Positions 1 through 13,158 of a DNA stretch of 64,000 nucleotides are shown here, one piece after another. Positions within the stretch are counted from its first letter, which is position 1. The number at the start of each line of letters is the position of its first letter. The stretch lies in the NCBI GenBank assembly GCA_963734545.1, contig CAVTHO010000009.1:96001-160000 (forward strand), in the 5' to 3' direction. This DNA is from an uncultured Spirochaetota bacterium. GTDB lineage: Bacteria > Spirochaetota > Spirochaetia > SZUA-6 > Fen-1364. Made by a program: the position numbers and the translations under genes. The notes below the pieces were generated by a model, which searched no databases, had not been told where the DNA came from, and saw only the letters and a program-made list of their open reading frames with translations.

Positions 1-499
1 TGAAGGACATGCCGTAGCGCTCGCGCGCCTCCAGGTACTCCTCCTCCGTGAGGATCTGCATCCTCTTCAGCTCGGTGTCACCCGGGTCGATGACGATGTA
101 CTTCTCATAGAAGAGAATGGATCGGAGCGCCGCGATCTGGAGGTCGAGGAACAGCCCGATGCGGGACGGCACGGAACGGTAGTACCAGATGTGGGCCACG
201 GGCGCGGCCAGCTCGATGTGGCCCATGCGCTCCCGGCGGACCTTGAAATGGGTGACTTCCACGCCGCAGCGGTCGCAGATCACGCCCTTGTACCGGATGG
301 ACTTGAACTTCCCGCAGTAGCACTCCCATTCCTTGGTGGTGCCGAAGATGCGCTCGCAGAAGAGTCCGTCTTTTTCCGGCCGGAGGGTCCGATAGTTGAT
401 GGTTTCGGGCTTCTTCACCTCGCCGTATGACCATGCCCGGACCTGGTCCGGAGACGCAAGCTTGATGTTTATGTGATCGAAATCCTGGAGATTTCTCAT
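1..499 (-). CDS. rpoC: RNA polymerase beta' subunit, N-terminal part (runs off left edge)
   Basis: Manual translation from ATG at 499: [66 protein letters not shown]...CDRCGVEV (RpoC zinc finger); GGAGG RBS; directly after rpoB. Confidence 0.98.
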   Translation of the reverse strand, partial: MRNLQDFDHINIKLASPDQVRAWSYGEVKKPETINYRTLRPEKDGLFCERIFGTTKEWECYCGKFKSIRYKGVICDRCGVEVTHFKVRRERMGHIELAAPVAHIWYYRSVPSRIGLFLDLQIAALRSILFYEKYIVIDPGDTELKRMQILTEEEYLEARERYGMSF

Positions 500-520
500 T
501 CGTGCCTCCGTGCTCAGGGC

Positions 521-4018
<3,498 letters not shown>

Positions 4019-4147
4019 TCAGCCCCCCTCACAATGAACCGACCACCGGGGACACGTCTCCCCGGCGGTTCGGTCATGAGTCGACAACTTGCGCGGGTGA
4101 ATCCCGCTGCTTTCACGGCGCGTGATGCGCCACTGTGTGCGCGTGCG

Positions 4148-4531
4148 CTATTGAATCTCAACAACCCCGCCAGCCGCTTCGAGCTGCTGCTTGATTTTCG
4201 CGGCTTCTTCCTTGGAGACGTTCTCCTTGAGGGTCTTGCCGCCCGCCTCCACCATGTCCTTTGCTTCTTTCAGGCCCAGCCCGGTAATGGCCCGGACCTC
4301 CTTGATGACGGGGATCTTTTTCGCCTCGTCATAGCTCTTGAGAACAACGGTGAACTCCGTCTGTTCCTCGGCCGCGGGCGCGGCCGCTGCGGCGGGCCCC
4401 GCCGCCATGGCCATGGGTGCCGCCGCGGTGACACCGAACTTTTCCTCCATAGCCTTGACGAGCTCGGAGACTTCGAGGACCGTCATCGAGGAAATCGAAT
4501 CGAGAATCTGCTCCTTGGTCATAGCTGCCAT
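4148..4531 (-). CDS. rplL: 50S ribosomal protein L7/L12
   Basis: [19 protein letters not shown], Ala-rich hinge, [12 protein letters not shown]. Confidence 0.99.
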   Translation of the reverse strand: MAAMTKEQILDSISSMTVLEVSELVKAMEEKFGVTAAAPMAMAAGPAAAAAPAAEEQTEFTVVLKSYDEAKKIPVIKEVRAITGLGLKEAKDMVEAGGKTLKENVSKEEAAKIKQQLEAAGGVVEIQ

Positions 4532-4597
4532 TTATCTTCCTCCTTGTGTGGATTTTTCCGAGCGAACCAGCTGGCTGAGCTGAGAAGACTGGTATCG

Positions 4598-5140
4598 CTA
4601 ATGTGCTTCTTTTCCCTTCTTGTCGGCAACCGCCGCCAGCGTGCGCACGAGCTTGGACGCCACGCCGTTCATCGCGTACATCATGTTGCGGATGGGCGCG
4701 TTCATCGTGCCCATGAGCATTGCCAGGAGCTCCAGACGGCCGGGCAGCCGGGAGAGCGCCTCGATATCCTTGGAGCTGAACAGCTTGCCGTCGATCACGC
4801 CGCCCTTGATCGTGAGCGGGGCGGTCTTCATGAAGTCGATCATGACCTTTGCCGCCGGGCTGGGGTCCTTGCCGAGGAACGCAAGAGCGGTGGGCCCCTC
4901 GAGCATCGCCGATGCGTCCGGCAGTCCCGCGTCCTTCATGGCAATCCGCGCGAACGTGTTGCGCACCACGCGGTAGGCGGCGCGCTTGTCGGTGAGCTTT
5001 GCACGCAGCTCGGTCATCTGGGGAAACGTGAGCCCGCGAAAGTCCGAGAATATCAGGTCCGGGGCCGCGGTGAACTGCTCTTTCAGCTTCGTGACCGCGT
5101 CCACCTTGTACTGCTGTACCTTCTTTGCCGTTTGTGCCAT
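4598..5140 (-). CDS. rplJ: 50S ribosomal protein L10
   Basis: DFRGLT...VVRNT...LEGPTALAF...LSRLPGR; canonical position between rplA and rplL. Confidence 0.97.
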   Translation of the reverse strand: MAQTAKKVQQYKVDAVTKLKEQFTAAPDLIFSDFRGLTFPQMTELRAKLTDKRAAYRVVRNTFARIAMKDAGLPDASAMLEGPTALAFLGKDPSPAAKVMIDFMKTAPLTIKGGVIDGKLFSSKDIEALSRLPGRLELLAMLMGTMNAPIRNMMYAMNGVASKLVRTLAAVADKKGKEAH

Positions 5141-5154
5141 TTCGTGTGCGCTCC

Positions 5155-5844
5155 TTACGCGACGAACGCCTTGTCCTTGGGGGACAAGCGTATGCCGGGG
5201 CCCATGGTGGAGGAGAGCACGATGGACTGCACGTAGTCTCCCTTGAGATCCGATGGCCTCTTGCGGACCACCTCCTGGATGAATGCGGTCGCGTTGGCGG
5301 CGATCTGGTCCTTGCCCATGGAGAGCTTGGCCACCGCGAGGTGCACCACCCCGCCCTTGTCCGCCCTGAACTCCACGCGGCCCTTCTTCAGCTCATCAAG
5401 AGCTTCCTTGATGTTGAACGTCACCGTCTGCGTCTTCGGGTTGGGCATGAGCCCGCGGCGGCCCAGGATCTGCCCGAGCTTGCCGACGTCCTTCATCATG
5501 TCGGGCGTGGCCACGGCGATGTCGAAGTCCAGCCACCCGCCCTTGATCTTCTCTATCAGGTCGGCGTCACCGACGTACGCGGCTCCCGCCTTGCGCGCCT
5601 CCTCGGCCTTGTCGCCTTTTGCGAACACAAGAATCCGCTTGTCCTTGCCGAAGAGGTGCGGCAGCGCCATCACGTCCCGGATGGTGTGCTTGCTCTTGAT
5701 GTTCAGCTTCATCGAGACTTCCACCGTCTCGTCGAACTTCGCATACGCGAGCTCTTTGACCAGGTCCACCGCCTTCTCCAGCGGGTAGGTCTCGGCGTGG
5801 TCGTACTTCTCCACAGATGCCCTGTATTTCTTTCCGTGCGCCAT
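5155..5844 (-). CDS. rplA: 50S ribosomal protein L1
   Basis: AKFDETVE, LGRRGLMPNPK, SSTMGPG motifs. Confidence 0.99.
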   Translation of the reverse strand: MAHGKKYRASVEKYDHAETYPLEKAVDLVKELAYAKFDETVEVSMKLNIKSKHTIRDVMALPHLFGKDKRILVFAKGDKAEEARKAGAAYVGDADLIEKIKGGWLDFDIAVATPDMMKDVGKLGQILGRRGLMPNPKTQTVTFNIKEALDELKKGRVEFRADKGGVVHLAVAKLSMGKDQIAANATAFIQEVVRKRPSDLKGDYVQSIVLSSTMGPGIRLSPKDKAFVA

Positions 5845-5847
5845 GGC

Positions 5848-6279
5848 CTAGCCCTCCACCGTCACGCCCATGCTCCGGGCGGTTCCCGCAATGATCTTCA
5901 TTGCGGCCTCCACGTCCTTCGCGGTGAGGTCCGGCATCTTCTGCTCGGCGATTGCCTTCAGCTTGTCCCGGGTGAGGACGCCCACCTTGGTCTTGTTCGG
6001 CTCTCCGCTGCCCTTCTCGAGGCCGAGCGCCTTCTTGATGAGAACCGCCGCGGGAGGAGTCTTGGTGACGAAGGTGAAGCTCTTGTCCGTGTAGATCGTG
6101 ATGACCACCGGAATGAGCACGCCTTCTTCCTGCTTGCGCGTCCTCTCATTGAACTGCTGGCAGAACTGCGCGGCCTGCACGCCGTGCGGCCCCAGCGCCG
6201 GTCCGACCGGGGGCGCCGGGGTGGCCTTGCCCGCCGGCACCTGCAGCTTGACCAGTGCCTTGACTGTCTTTTTCGCCAT
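5848..6279 (-). CDS. rplK: 50S ribosomal protein L11
   Basis: [29 protein letters not shown]. Confidence 0.99.
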   Translation of the reverse strand: MAKKTVKALVKLQVPAGKATPAPPVGPALGPHGVQAAQFCQQFNERTRKQEEGVLIPVVITIYTDKSFTFVTKTPPAAVLIKKALGLEKGSGEPNKTKVGVLTRDKLKAIAEQKMPDLTAKDVEAAMKIIAGTARSMGVTVEG

Positions 6280-6294
6280 ATTGCCTTTACCTCC

Positions 6295-6330
6295 GTGGTC
6301 CTATCGCCCTCCGCACGGGGAGAGCTCCCA
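6295..6330 (-). promoter_or_regulatory. Putative L1-binding autoregulatory leader upstream of rplK
   Basis: Sense strand reads TGGGAG-CTCTCC-ccgtgc-GGAGGG-cgatag-GACCAC just before the RBS, matching the GGGAG...ACCAC pattern of L1 operators. Confidence 0.6.
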
Positions 6331-6386
6331 TTCGGGACACCGCCGCGCGCGACGCGCCGAGGCCGTGCCCCATGAGGGTTCGTATG

Positions 6387-6940
6387 TCAAATCTTCTCCA
6401 CCTGGAGAAAATCCACCTCGACCGGTGTCGACCGGCCGAATATTCCCACCATCACACGGAGCTTGCCCTTCTCCGTGTTTACCTCTTCGATGCTTCCCGT
6501 GAAGGAATCGAACGGACCGTCGATGATCCGCACCATCTCTCCCATCGAGAAGCTCTGCCGCGGCTTGAGAACACGGTCCGCCTTGATCTCGCCCGCCTTC
6601 TGGAGTATCCCGCGCGCCTCGTCCTGGGAGATGGGCTGTGGCTTCTGATTGCGGTTGGACCCCACGAAACCCGTGACACCGGGGATCTTGCGGATCTCCT
6701 GGCAGACCTCTTTCCACCCGGGTCCGGAAGGTCCATTTCCACCATGATGTAGCCGGGAAGGAACTTCTTGGTGGACACCTTTTTGTGCCCGTCCTTGATC
6801 TCGACGACCTCTTCCGAGGGCACCTTCACGTCGAAGACGTGGTCCTTGAGCGTTCCCTTGTCGACGAGCATGCGCACGTGCTTCTGGACCTTGTTCTCAT
6901 ACCCGGAATAGGTATGCACGACATACCACGCCTTTGACAT
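6387..6940 (-). CDS. nusG: Transcription termination/antitermination factor NusG (one probable sequencing frameshift near 6715-6722)
   Basis: N-part WYVVHTYSGYENKV...FLPGYIMVEM; C-part GVTGFVG...VRIIDGPF...IFGRSTPVEVDFLQVEKI in another frame. Confidence 0.95.
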
Positions 6941-6952
6941 GCCGCCTCTTGC

Positions 6953-7133
6953 CTAAAAGATCCAGTCAACGAGCTTGAAGAGGATGAAGTCCACCGCCCC
7001 GAGCATGAGCGCAATGAGGATCGTGGAGACCAGGACCACCCTCGTGGACGCGAGGGCCTCCTCCCGGCTGGGCCATGTCACCTTCTTGAGCTCCGCGTAG
7101 CTTTCCTGAAAGAACGAAATAATTCTTCTTCAT
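6953..7133 (-). CDS. secE: Preprotein translocase SecE (one extra A near 7121-7125)
   Basis: Manual reading MKK/IISFFQESYAELKKVTWPSREEALASTRVVLV...; ELKKVTWP motif; 181 nt (3n+1); lies between tRNA-Trp and nusG. Confidence 0.92.
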
Positions 7134-7166
7134 GTCCTCCGTCCCTCGGATGTCCCTTTCCCCATT

Positions 7167-7239
7167 CAGGCCAGGCAGGACTCGAACCCGCAACATCCGG
7201 TTTTGGAGACCGGCGCTCTACCATTAGAGCTACTGGCCT
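7167..7239 (-). tRNA. tRNA-Trp (CCA)
   Basis: Cloverleaf AGGCCAG...CCGGT-CT-CCA-AA-ACCGG...GTTCGAGTCC...CTGGCCT-G; 3' CCA not encoded. Confidence 0.96.
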
Positions 7240-7285
7240 ATGCACTCGCACCTGCGTTGTCGCTGTCCCTCGCCGTAGAAAAGCC

Positions 7286-7462
7286 TTACTTTACCTTCAC
7301 TTCCTTGTGGAGAGTGTGCTTCCTGTCCCACCGGCAGTACTTGGTGAACTCCAGCTTGCCCTGGGTATTCTTGCGATTCTTCGTCGTGGTGTAGTTCCGC
7401 CGATCGCACTCGCTGCACTGCAAGGCGACAAGCTCCTGGTTCTTCGCTTTACCTTTGGCCAT
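7286..7462 (-). CDS. rpmG: 50S ribosomal protein L33 (zinc-ribbon type)
   Basis: Manual translation, 58 aa: [58 protein letters not shown]. Confidence 0.97.
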   Translation of the reverse strand: MAKGKAKNQELVALQCSECDRRNYTTTKNRKNTQGKLEFTKYCRWDRKHTLHKEVKVK

Positions 7463-7540
7463 CGGGATCTCCCTGGAGTGAGTACCGCCACGGCGCGCAC
7501 GGTACCCCGCGCGATTTACGTGGCATTCGTATGGAGCGCA

Positions 7541-7568
7541 AATTTACAATGTGCCCCATTTGTGTCAA
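7541..7568 (-). promoter_or_regulatory. Putative sigma70 promoter for rpmG-secE-nusG
   Basis: TTGACA-N16-TAAATT on the minus strand about 80 nt upstream of rpmG. Confidence 0.55.
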
Positions 7569-7633
7569 GTGGTACGAGAATCAAGCAGTTGTCCGGACCG
7601 GCGCGATCCCTTCCATCGCGCAGGCCTGTGTCG

Positions 7634-7706
7634 AGCCCTCGACCGGATTTGAACCGGTGACCCCGTCCTTACCAAGGACGTGCTCTACCAACTGAGCTAC
7701 AAGGGC
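7634..7706 (-). tRNA. tRNA-Thr (GGT)
   Basis: GCCCTTG-TAGCTCAGTTGGTAGAGC-A-CGTCC-TT-GGT-AA-GGACG...GGTTCAAATCC...CGAGGGC. Confidence 0.96.
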
Positions 7707-7730
7707 GTAGCCATATCCCCGATGGCCGGC

Positions 7731-7760
7731 ATCCTACCAAACCCCCCGAGCGGGCGTCAA
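7731..7760 (-). promoter_or_regulatory. Putative sigma70 promoter for tRNA-Thr
   Basis: TTGACG-N18-TAGGAT with extended -10 (TGgTAGGAT), 25 nt upstream of the tRNA. Confidence 0.5.
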
Positions 7761-7816
7761 GACACGACCGCCCTTCCCCAAAAACTCCAGGCCCTCACGC
7801 CGCAATGGCGAAAACA

Positions 7817-7847
7817 GGGAATTTAGAAGTGACACTTCTGAATTCCC
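7817..7847 (-). terminator. 31-bp inverted repeat; possible terminator of the recG-rsmD run, or an operator
   Basis: GGGAATTTAGAAGTG-A-CACTTCTGAATTCCC (14/15 arm match), followed on the minus strand by TGTTTTC. Confidence 0.45.
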
Positions 7848-7904
7848 CAAAATCGCCAGGTTTTCGGTGTCCTTCCCAAACCTGTCTTGACAACCCTCTC
7901 GTTC

Positions 7905-8441
7905 TCACTCCCCTTCGCGTCTGAAGAACAGCAGAAGGGATTGGCCGTATTCTCTCCGATCGGTGAGGACCAGGCCCGGCCTCTCGGTAGGGAGCTTCTC
8001 TGCCCGGTGCAGGTGCATGATCGCGAGGCCTCCCGGGGAGAGGTGGGGAGCGGCGCATGCCTGATCCAGAGCAGCGGCCTTGCCCTCGAAATCAAATGGG
8101 GGATCGAGGAAAACGATGTCCCAGGACCGCTGATTCGTCTTCAGAAACCTCTCCACCGGAGCAACGACGAGGTCGATTTGACTTTGCACGAATCTGATGT
8201 TTTTCAGTATCGTCGGCTTCTTCCTCGGGTCCTTCTCCACGAGGAGCACCGGATCAGCGCCTCGGGAGGCTGCCTCCACCCCGAGAATACCGGTGCCGCT
8301 GAACAGGTCCAGAAACGAGATTCCTTCCAGGTCGCCCAGGATGGAGAAAAGGGACTGCCTCATCCGATCCATGGACGGCCTGATCACTCCCGGCGGGCAG
8401 AGTATGGTGCGCCCCCGGTAGATGCCGCCGGTTATCCGCAC
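7905..8441 (-). CDS. rsmD: 16S rRNA (guanine966-N2)-methyltransferase
   Basis: MRITGG..RGR, IRPSMDR, FLDLFSGTG, EAASRGA, FLDPPF. Confidence 0.93.
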   Translation of the reverse strand: MRITGGIYRGRTILCPPGVIRPSMDRMRQSLFSILGDLEGISFLDLFSGTGILGVEAASRGADPVLLVEKDPRKKPTILKNIRFVQSQIDLVVAPVERFLKTNQRSWDIVFLDPPFDFEGKAAALDQACAAPHLSPGGLAIMHLHRAEKLPTERPGLVLTDRREYGQSLLLFFRREGE

Positions 8442-8442
8442 C

Positions 8443-10525
8443 TCATCCCCCCTCGAGCACGCTTTCGAACCGGGTGATCCACGGAGCAGGCACCGTCCCC
8501 GCCAGCACCCTGCCTATGATTGCATGGGCAGGCAGCAGAAAGCCGGAATCCTCCGCCAGGAGACGAATCGCATCGTCCCTCGCCTGCAGCAGCAGGGGCC
8601 CGTGCACGAGGAGATCCGCGACCTGGAAGCTCAGAAATCCGGTTTGCCGCACGCCGAGAAGCTCGCCGGGTCCGCGGAGCTGCATGTCCTTCTCCGCTAT
8701 CCGGAATCCGTCGGTGGTCTCTTTCATGATCTTCAGCCTTTCAATCCCTTCATCGGTGAGCTTCGTGCCGTACACGAGGAACGCATAGGACTGGTCCGGG
8801 CCGCGCCCCACCCTGCCGCGAAGCTGGTGCAGGGTGGAGAGCCCGAAGCGCTCCGCGTGCTCGACGACCATGCACGTGGCGTTGGCCACGTCCACGCCCA
8901 CCTCCACGACGCTCGTGGCGACAAGGACCTTCAGTGTGCCTCCGGCAAACCCCGCCATTGCGCGCTCCATTTCTTCTTCCGGCACGCGCGAATGGATCAG
9001 GGCCACGGGGAGGTCCGGAAAGACCTTTTCTTTCAATTCACGGTAGGCGGATTCCGCGTCCTTCACGGCGAGGGCGCCGGACTCCTCGATGAGCGGGTAC
9101 ACGAAATAGGCCTGCCTGCCCTTTTCGAGCTCCTCCCGCACCCGACGGTAGACTTTCTCCTCGTTGCCCTCCCGGGCAAGGTGCGTGACCACGGGCTTCC
9201 GCCCGGCCGGGCATGGTCCTGATGGAAGAAACATCCAGGTCTCCGAAAGCGGTAAGAGCCAGTGTCCGCGGGATCGGGGTTGCCGTCATGAGCAGGAGGT
9301 CCGGTGCCTCTCCCTTCCTGAGAAGCGCCTGCCTTTGCAGAACGCCGAACTTGTGCTGCTCGTCCACGATCACGAGCCCCAGAGCGCGAAAGGCCACCTC
9401 CTCGGAAAACAGCGCGTGCGTGCCAAAGAGCAGGTCCACCTCTCCGGCTTTCAAGGCGGCCAGGAGAAGCGCGCGCGGCTCGCCCGTCACGGACCCGGAG
9501 AGGAAAGCGATTCTGACTCCGAGCGGCTCGAGAAGCCTCGCCGCGTTCTCCGCGTGCTGCCGGGCCAGAAGCTCGGTCGGCGCCAGGAATGCCGCCTGCT
9601 CGCCGCCTGCCGTGACCAGCAGCGCGGAGAGCAGCGCAACCAGGGTCTTGCCGCATCCCACGTCTCCCTGCAGCAGCCGCGCCATGGGGACGGCCGAAGA
9701 GAGATCCGCCTCGATCTCCCCCATGACGGCTGCCTGGTCACTGGTAAGGGCAAAGGGGAGCCGGCTGATGAGCGCGTCGCGCATCCCGGGGCCGAGGGCG
9801 CGCTTCCTCGGCCGGCGCGCTGCAAGGGCCCGCTTGCGCCGGAGGACCGCGATCTCGAAATAGAAGAGCTCTTCGTAGGCGAGCGCGCTGCGATATCTCT
9901 GCGCCGCCTCCACGCTCGGGGGAAAATGAACGCCGCCAAGGGTTTCCCGGGGACCGGGAAGCGCCCGGTCCCTCAGAAGAGACTCGGGAAGACTCGGCTC
10001 GATGGAGGGAAGCACGGACGCCAGCGCGTGCTCGACGATCCTGCGCATGGCGGTCTGTGTGAGACCTTCCGTGAGAGGATAAACGGGAAGGATCCTGCCG
10101 AAACCAGCGGGGCGTTCGCTCCATGGCTCCAGCTCGAAGTCGGAGCACTCGAGCTCTCCCCTCCTGAGCCGGAAGCTTCCCCAGATGAAGAACCGCGCGC
10201 CCGGCTGGAGCACGCTGCGAAGAAAGGGCCTGCCAAAGCACAGGAGAACCGCTTCGACGGTTCCGTCGGAAACAACCGCCTTCGGCGTCCGCCGGGCCCC
10301 CCAGCCGACGTCGGTCGTCGATACAACGGTCGCCACCACGCACACCTTGTCCACTCCGGCGGCGCGCGAGAGGGGAATCGTGGTCGAGCGATCCTCGTAT
10401 GCGCGGGGCAGAAGGAGCAGAAGATCCCGCACCGTCGAGACGCCGAGCCGCTGCAGGCGCTCGGCAAAACGCGGCCCCACGCCGCGCAGGGAGGAGATGC
10501 TCTGGGTCAGCTCGCCAAGGAACAC
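8443..10525 (-). CDS. recG: ATP-dependent DNA helicase RecG (probable sequencing frameshift near 9205-9212)
   Basis: LLQGDVGCGKT, APTELLARQH, DEQHKFG, MTATPIPRTL in one ORF; ATSVVEVGVDV, LHQLRGRVGRG, RGPGE in the next frame. Confidence 0.95.
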
Positions 10526-10554
10526 GGGGGTGCTCCGTGTGGCTCCCGTCCCCG

Positions 10555-11142
10555 TCAGATGGGAAGCATCTGAAAAGCGAAGACTATGTAGTGCACAACG
10601 GCCTCACCGAAGAGCCACGCAACAAGAAGGAGGCCTATGGTAAGGAGCAGGTGCTGGGTATAGCCTGAGCCCCGGCCCAGCCTGAAGAGCTTCGTCACCC
10701 ACGCGACGATCGGCTGTATGATGGTGTCCGCCACTTTCCAGATCGCGGATCCGGCCGGTGAGCGGAGCAGAAACGGTATGATCCGCAGCACGCCGACGAT
10801 GAGGAACAACAGCAGGATGAACCGCGCGCCCGACCATGCCGCGGAGAACACGGAGGCGAGGAAGAAGCCGAGCGTGATGCGGCCGTAGTACAGAAGCTGG
10901 TTCACCAGATCGAGGACAACGACGAGGCCGAGGATCGCTGCCAGGGGCGAGAAATCGAAGAGACTGCCGCGGAGGAATCGGATGCGGCTGAAGAGGTCGA
11001 GGTACGGATCGGTGGCGCCTGCAAGCAGGTTCCATGCTTTTCCCAGCGCCCGGGGTGCGAACCAGCCAAGGACGATCCGAAGGGAAAGAATGAAGAGATA
11101 CGCGATCAGGACAACGTTGATGATGGTGAGAGCAATCAGCAC
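10555..11142 (-). CDS. yggT: YggT family membrane protein (two repeats)
   Basis: LRIVLGWF...ATDPYL...FDFSPL motif; GTG start after GAGGAGG. Confidence 0.85.
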   Translation of the reverse strand: MLIALTIINVVLIAYLFILSLRIVLGWFAPRALGKAWNLLAGATDPYLDLFSRIRFLRGSLFDFSPLAAILGLVVVLDLVNQLLYYGRITLGFFLASVFSAAWSGARFILLLFLIVGVLRIIPFLLRSPAGSAIWKVADTIIQPIVAWVTKLFRLGRGSGYTQHLLLTIGLLLVAWLFGEAVVHYIVFAFQMLPI

Positions 11143-11191
11143 GAAAGGCCTCCTCAAGTGTGGCGGCACGAGCGCACGGGCGCCCGGCGCG

Positions 11192-11857
11192 CTATGCGAA
11201 AAACGTAGACGGGACGAGCTTCTCCACGAGGGAGATCATCGTCTTGTTGATTCGTTCCAGCTCGTCCGCAGTGAGCCCGGAGCCGAAGGCCACCTTCTCC
11301 CGCCAGTTCGGCGTGAGTATGTCGGACGCAGAATGGGCGTCGGAATCGACGACCATGGAGGCTCCCGCCTCGCGCGCGAGGGCCACGACCCTGCCGTTTC
11401 CCAGGCCGTGCGAGAAGCGCGCGGACACCTCCAGGTGCACGCCGTTGGCGGCCGCCAGGCGTACTTCTTCCTCTGATATAAGCCCGGGGTGGGCGAGAAT
11501 GTCTACCCCCGCCTCGATGCCGGCCCTGTTGGTCCCGAGCGCCACGGGTTCGCAGACGGTTTCCCCGTGCAGGACCACCAGGCGCGCCCCGAGCTGCCGC
11601 GCGCGGCGCACCAGGCCCGCGATCTGGCCGGGCGGGACATGCGTCAGCTCCACGCCGGGAATGATGCGGATCTTCACGAAGGGCTGCGTCTCCCGGGCAA
11701 ACTGGACCACTGCCGAGAGCAGGCTGTCCAGATTGGACGCGTCGGCGTGGTCCGTGATGCCGATTGCCCGGTAACCGGCGTGCTCGGCGCGCCGGATCAG
11801 CTCGCCCGGGGACAGAGCTCCGTCGCTCAGAAACGTGTGCGTGTGCAGATCGATCAT
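11192..11857 (-). CDS. PHP-domain phosphoesterase (histidinol-phosphatase-like)
   Basis: MIDLHTHTFLSDG, ITDH, GVELTH, LAHPG, DSDAH motifs; ATG overlaps hom stop. Confidence 0.88.
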   Translation of the reverse strand: MIDLHTHTFLSDGALSPGELIRRAEHAGYRAIGITDHADASNLDSLLSAVVQFARETQPFVKIRIIPGVELTHVPPGQIAGLVRRARQLGARLVVLHGETVCEPVALGTNRAGIEAGVDILAHPGLISEEEVRLAAANGVHLEVSARFSHGLGNGRVVALAREAGASMVVDSDAHSASDILTPNWREKVAFGSGLTADELERINKTMISLVEKLVPSTFFA

Positions 11858-13158
11858 TGCCCCCCTCCCCCGGGCATGGCCAGGACCCTGAAGTAGCGCG
11901 ACTCGGGATAGATCCCGTCCGAAGATACTATCTTGGCAAGGGCCGCGCGCACCTGCGCCTCCTCGGCCTCGTCCACGAGCATGAACAGATCCGAGGGTTT
12001 GGTCTTGTCCTCCCATTTCTGGTGCACGCTCTCGATATTGATGGCGTTCTCCGCGCAGATGCGGGTGACGAGGGCCCAGATGCCGGGCCTGTTTGCGGTG
12101 ACGAAATGAAAATAGCACTTGTTCACCATGCGTGCGGCGGGGAACGGTTGCATGCAGGCAAGTGCGGGAAGAGGAGCCCGCGGCACCTGCCGGGAGAGGA
12201 TGGTCTTCAGCACGTCCCCCAGGTCCGATGCCAGTGAAGAGGCGGTGGGGCTCCCGCCGGCCCCTTTTCCCTCATAGACCGATGCGCCGAGGAAATCGGA
12301 GTCCACGAGCACTCCGTTGAACTCGTCACGGACGCCGGCAAGGGGATGGTCCAGCGGCACCAGCGCCGGGTAGACGGTGACCAGCGGCGCCCCTTCCATC
12401 ATGCGGGCCTGCGCAACGAGCTTGAACACGAACCCGCTGGAAAGGCAGAACTCGATGTCCTTCTGCGTCACGCCGGCAATTCCTTCGCACAGGATGTCGC
12501 GCGGCTCGATCCAGCAGTCGAACGCGAGGCTGGCGAGAAGCCCGATCTTCTGCGCGGCGTCGCCGCCGCTCACGTCGAGCGTCGGGTCCGCCTCGGCAAA
12601 CCCCTTTTGCTGGGCCTGCGCAAGGGCGTCGGCAAAGGAAAGTTTCTCCTCGGTCATGCGCGTGAGAATATAGTTGGTGGTTCCATTGACGATGCCGACG
12701 ATGCTTCTCACCCGGTTTCCCATGAGGCTCTCGCGCAGGACCTTGATGATCGGTATGCCGCCGCACACGGCGGCCTCGAACTTCAGCTCCACGCCGCGCG
12801 CGCCGGCGAGCGCAAGGAGCTCCCGTCCGTGCGCGGAGAGAAGCGCCTTGTTCGCCGTGATCACGTGCTTGCCGCGGTTCAGCGCCTCGCGGACCAACGG
12901 GAGGGGTGCATCCGCCCCGCCGGTGAGCTCCACGACGATAGGCACGGAAGGGTCATCCAGGATTTCGTTCCATCCGCTCACCACGCGGGTGCCCGGTCCC
13001 ACGCGGCGCTTCCGGGAGGCGTCCCGGACGCCGACCCAGGGAACTTCGATCGTCACCCCCAGCCGCCGCCCGAACTCGGCCGCGTTGCGCGTCAGCAGGT
13101 TGTAGAAGCTCTCCCCCACCGTGCCGAAGCCGACGAGACCGATTCTTACTCTGTCCAT
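11854..13158 (-). CDS. hom: Homoserine dehydrogenase with C-terminal ACT domain
   Basis: GFGTVG, VITANKA, FEAAVCGGIP, NGTTNYIL, GFAEADPTLDVSG, GKGAGG. Confidence 0.95.
   Translation of the reverse strand: MDRVRIGLVGFGTVGESFYNLLTRNAAEFGRRLGVTIEVPWVGVRDASRKRRVGPGTRVVSGWNEILDDPSVPIVVELTGGADAPLPLVREALNRGKHVITANKALLSAHGRELLALAGARGVELKFEAAVCGGIPIIKVLRESLMGNRVRSIVGIVNGTTNYILTRMTEEKLSFADALAQAQQKGFAEADPTLDVSGGDAAQKIGLLASLAFDCWIEPRDILCEGIAGVTQKDIEFCLSSGFVFKLVAQARMMEGAPLVTVYPALVPLDHPLAGVRDEFNGVLVDSDFLGASVYEGKGAGGSPTASSLASDLGDVLKTILSRQVPRAPLPALACMQPFPAARMVNKCYFHFVTANRPGIWALVTRICAENAINIESVHQKWEDKTKPSDLFMLVDEAEEAQVRAALAKIVSSDGIYPESRYFRVLAMPGGGGQ

Noticed and set aside
7167-7706. tRNA-targeted integrative element
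   Set aside because: No integrase or duplicated tRNA 3' end was seen and the flanks are core genes.
6387-10525. Programmed frameshifting or pseudogenisation of nusG, secE and recG
   Set aside because: Single-base indels in short runs, no slippery-site pattern, conserved or essential genes, and the same error type occurs across the window.
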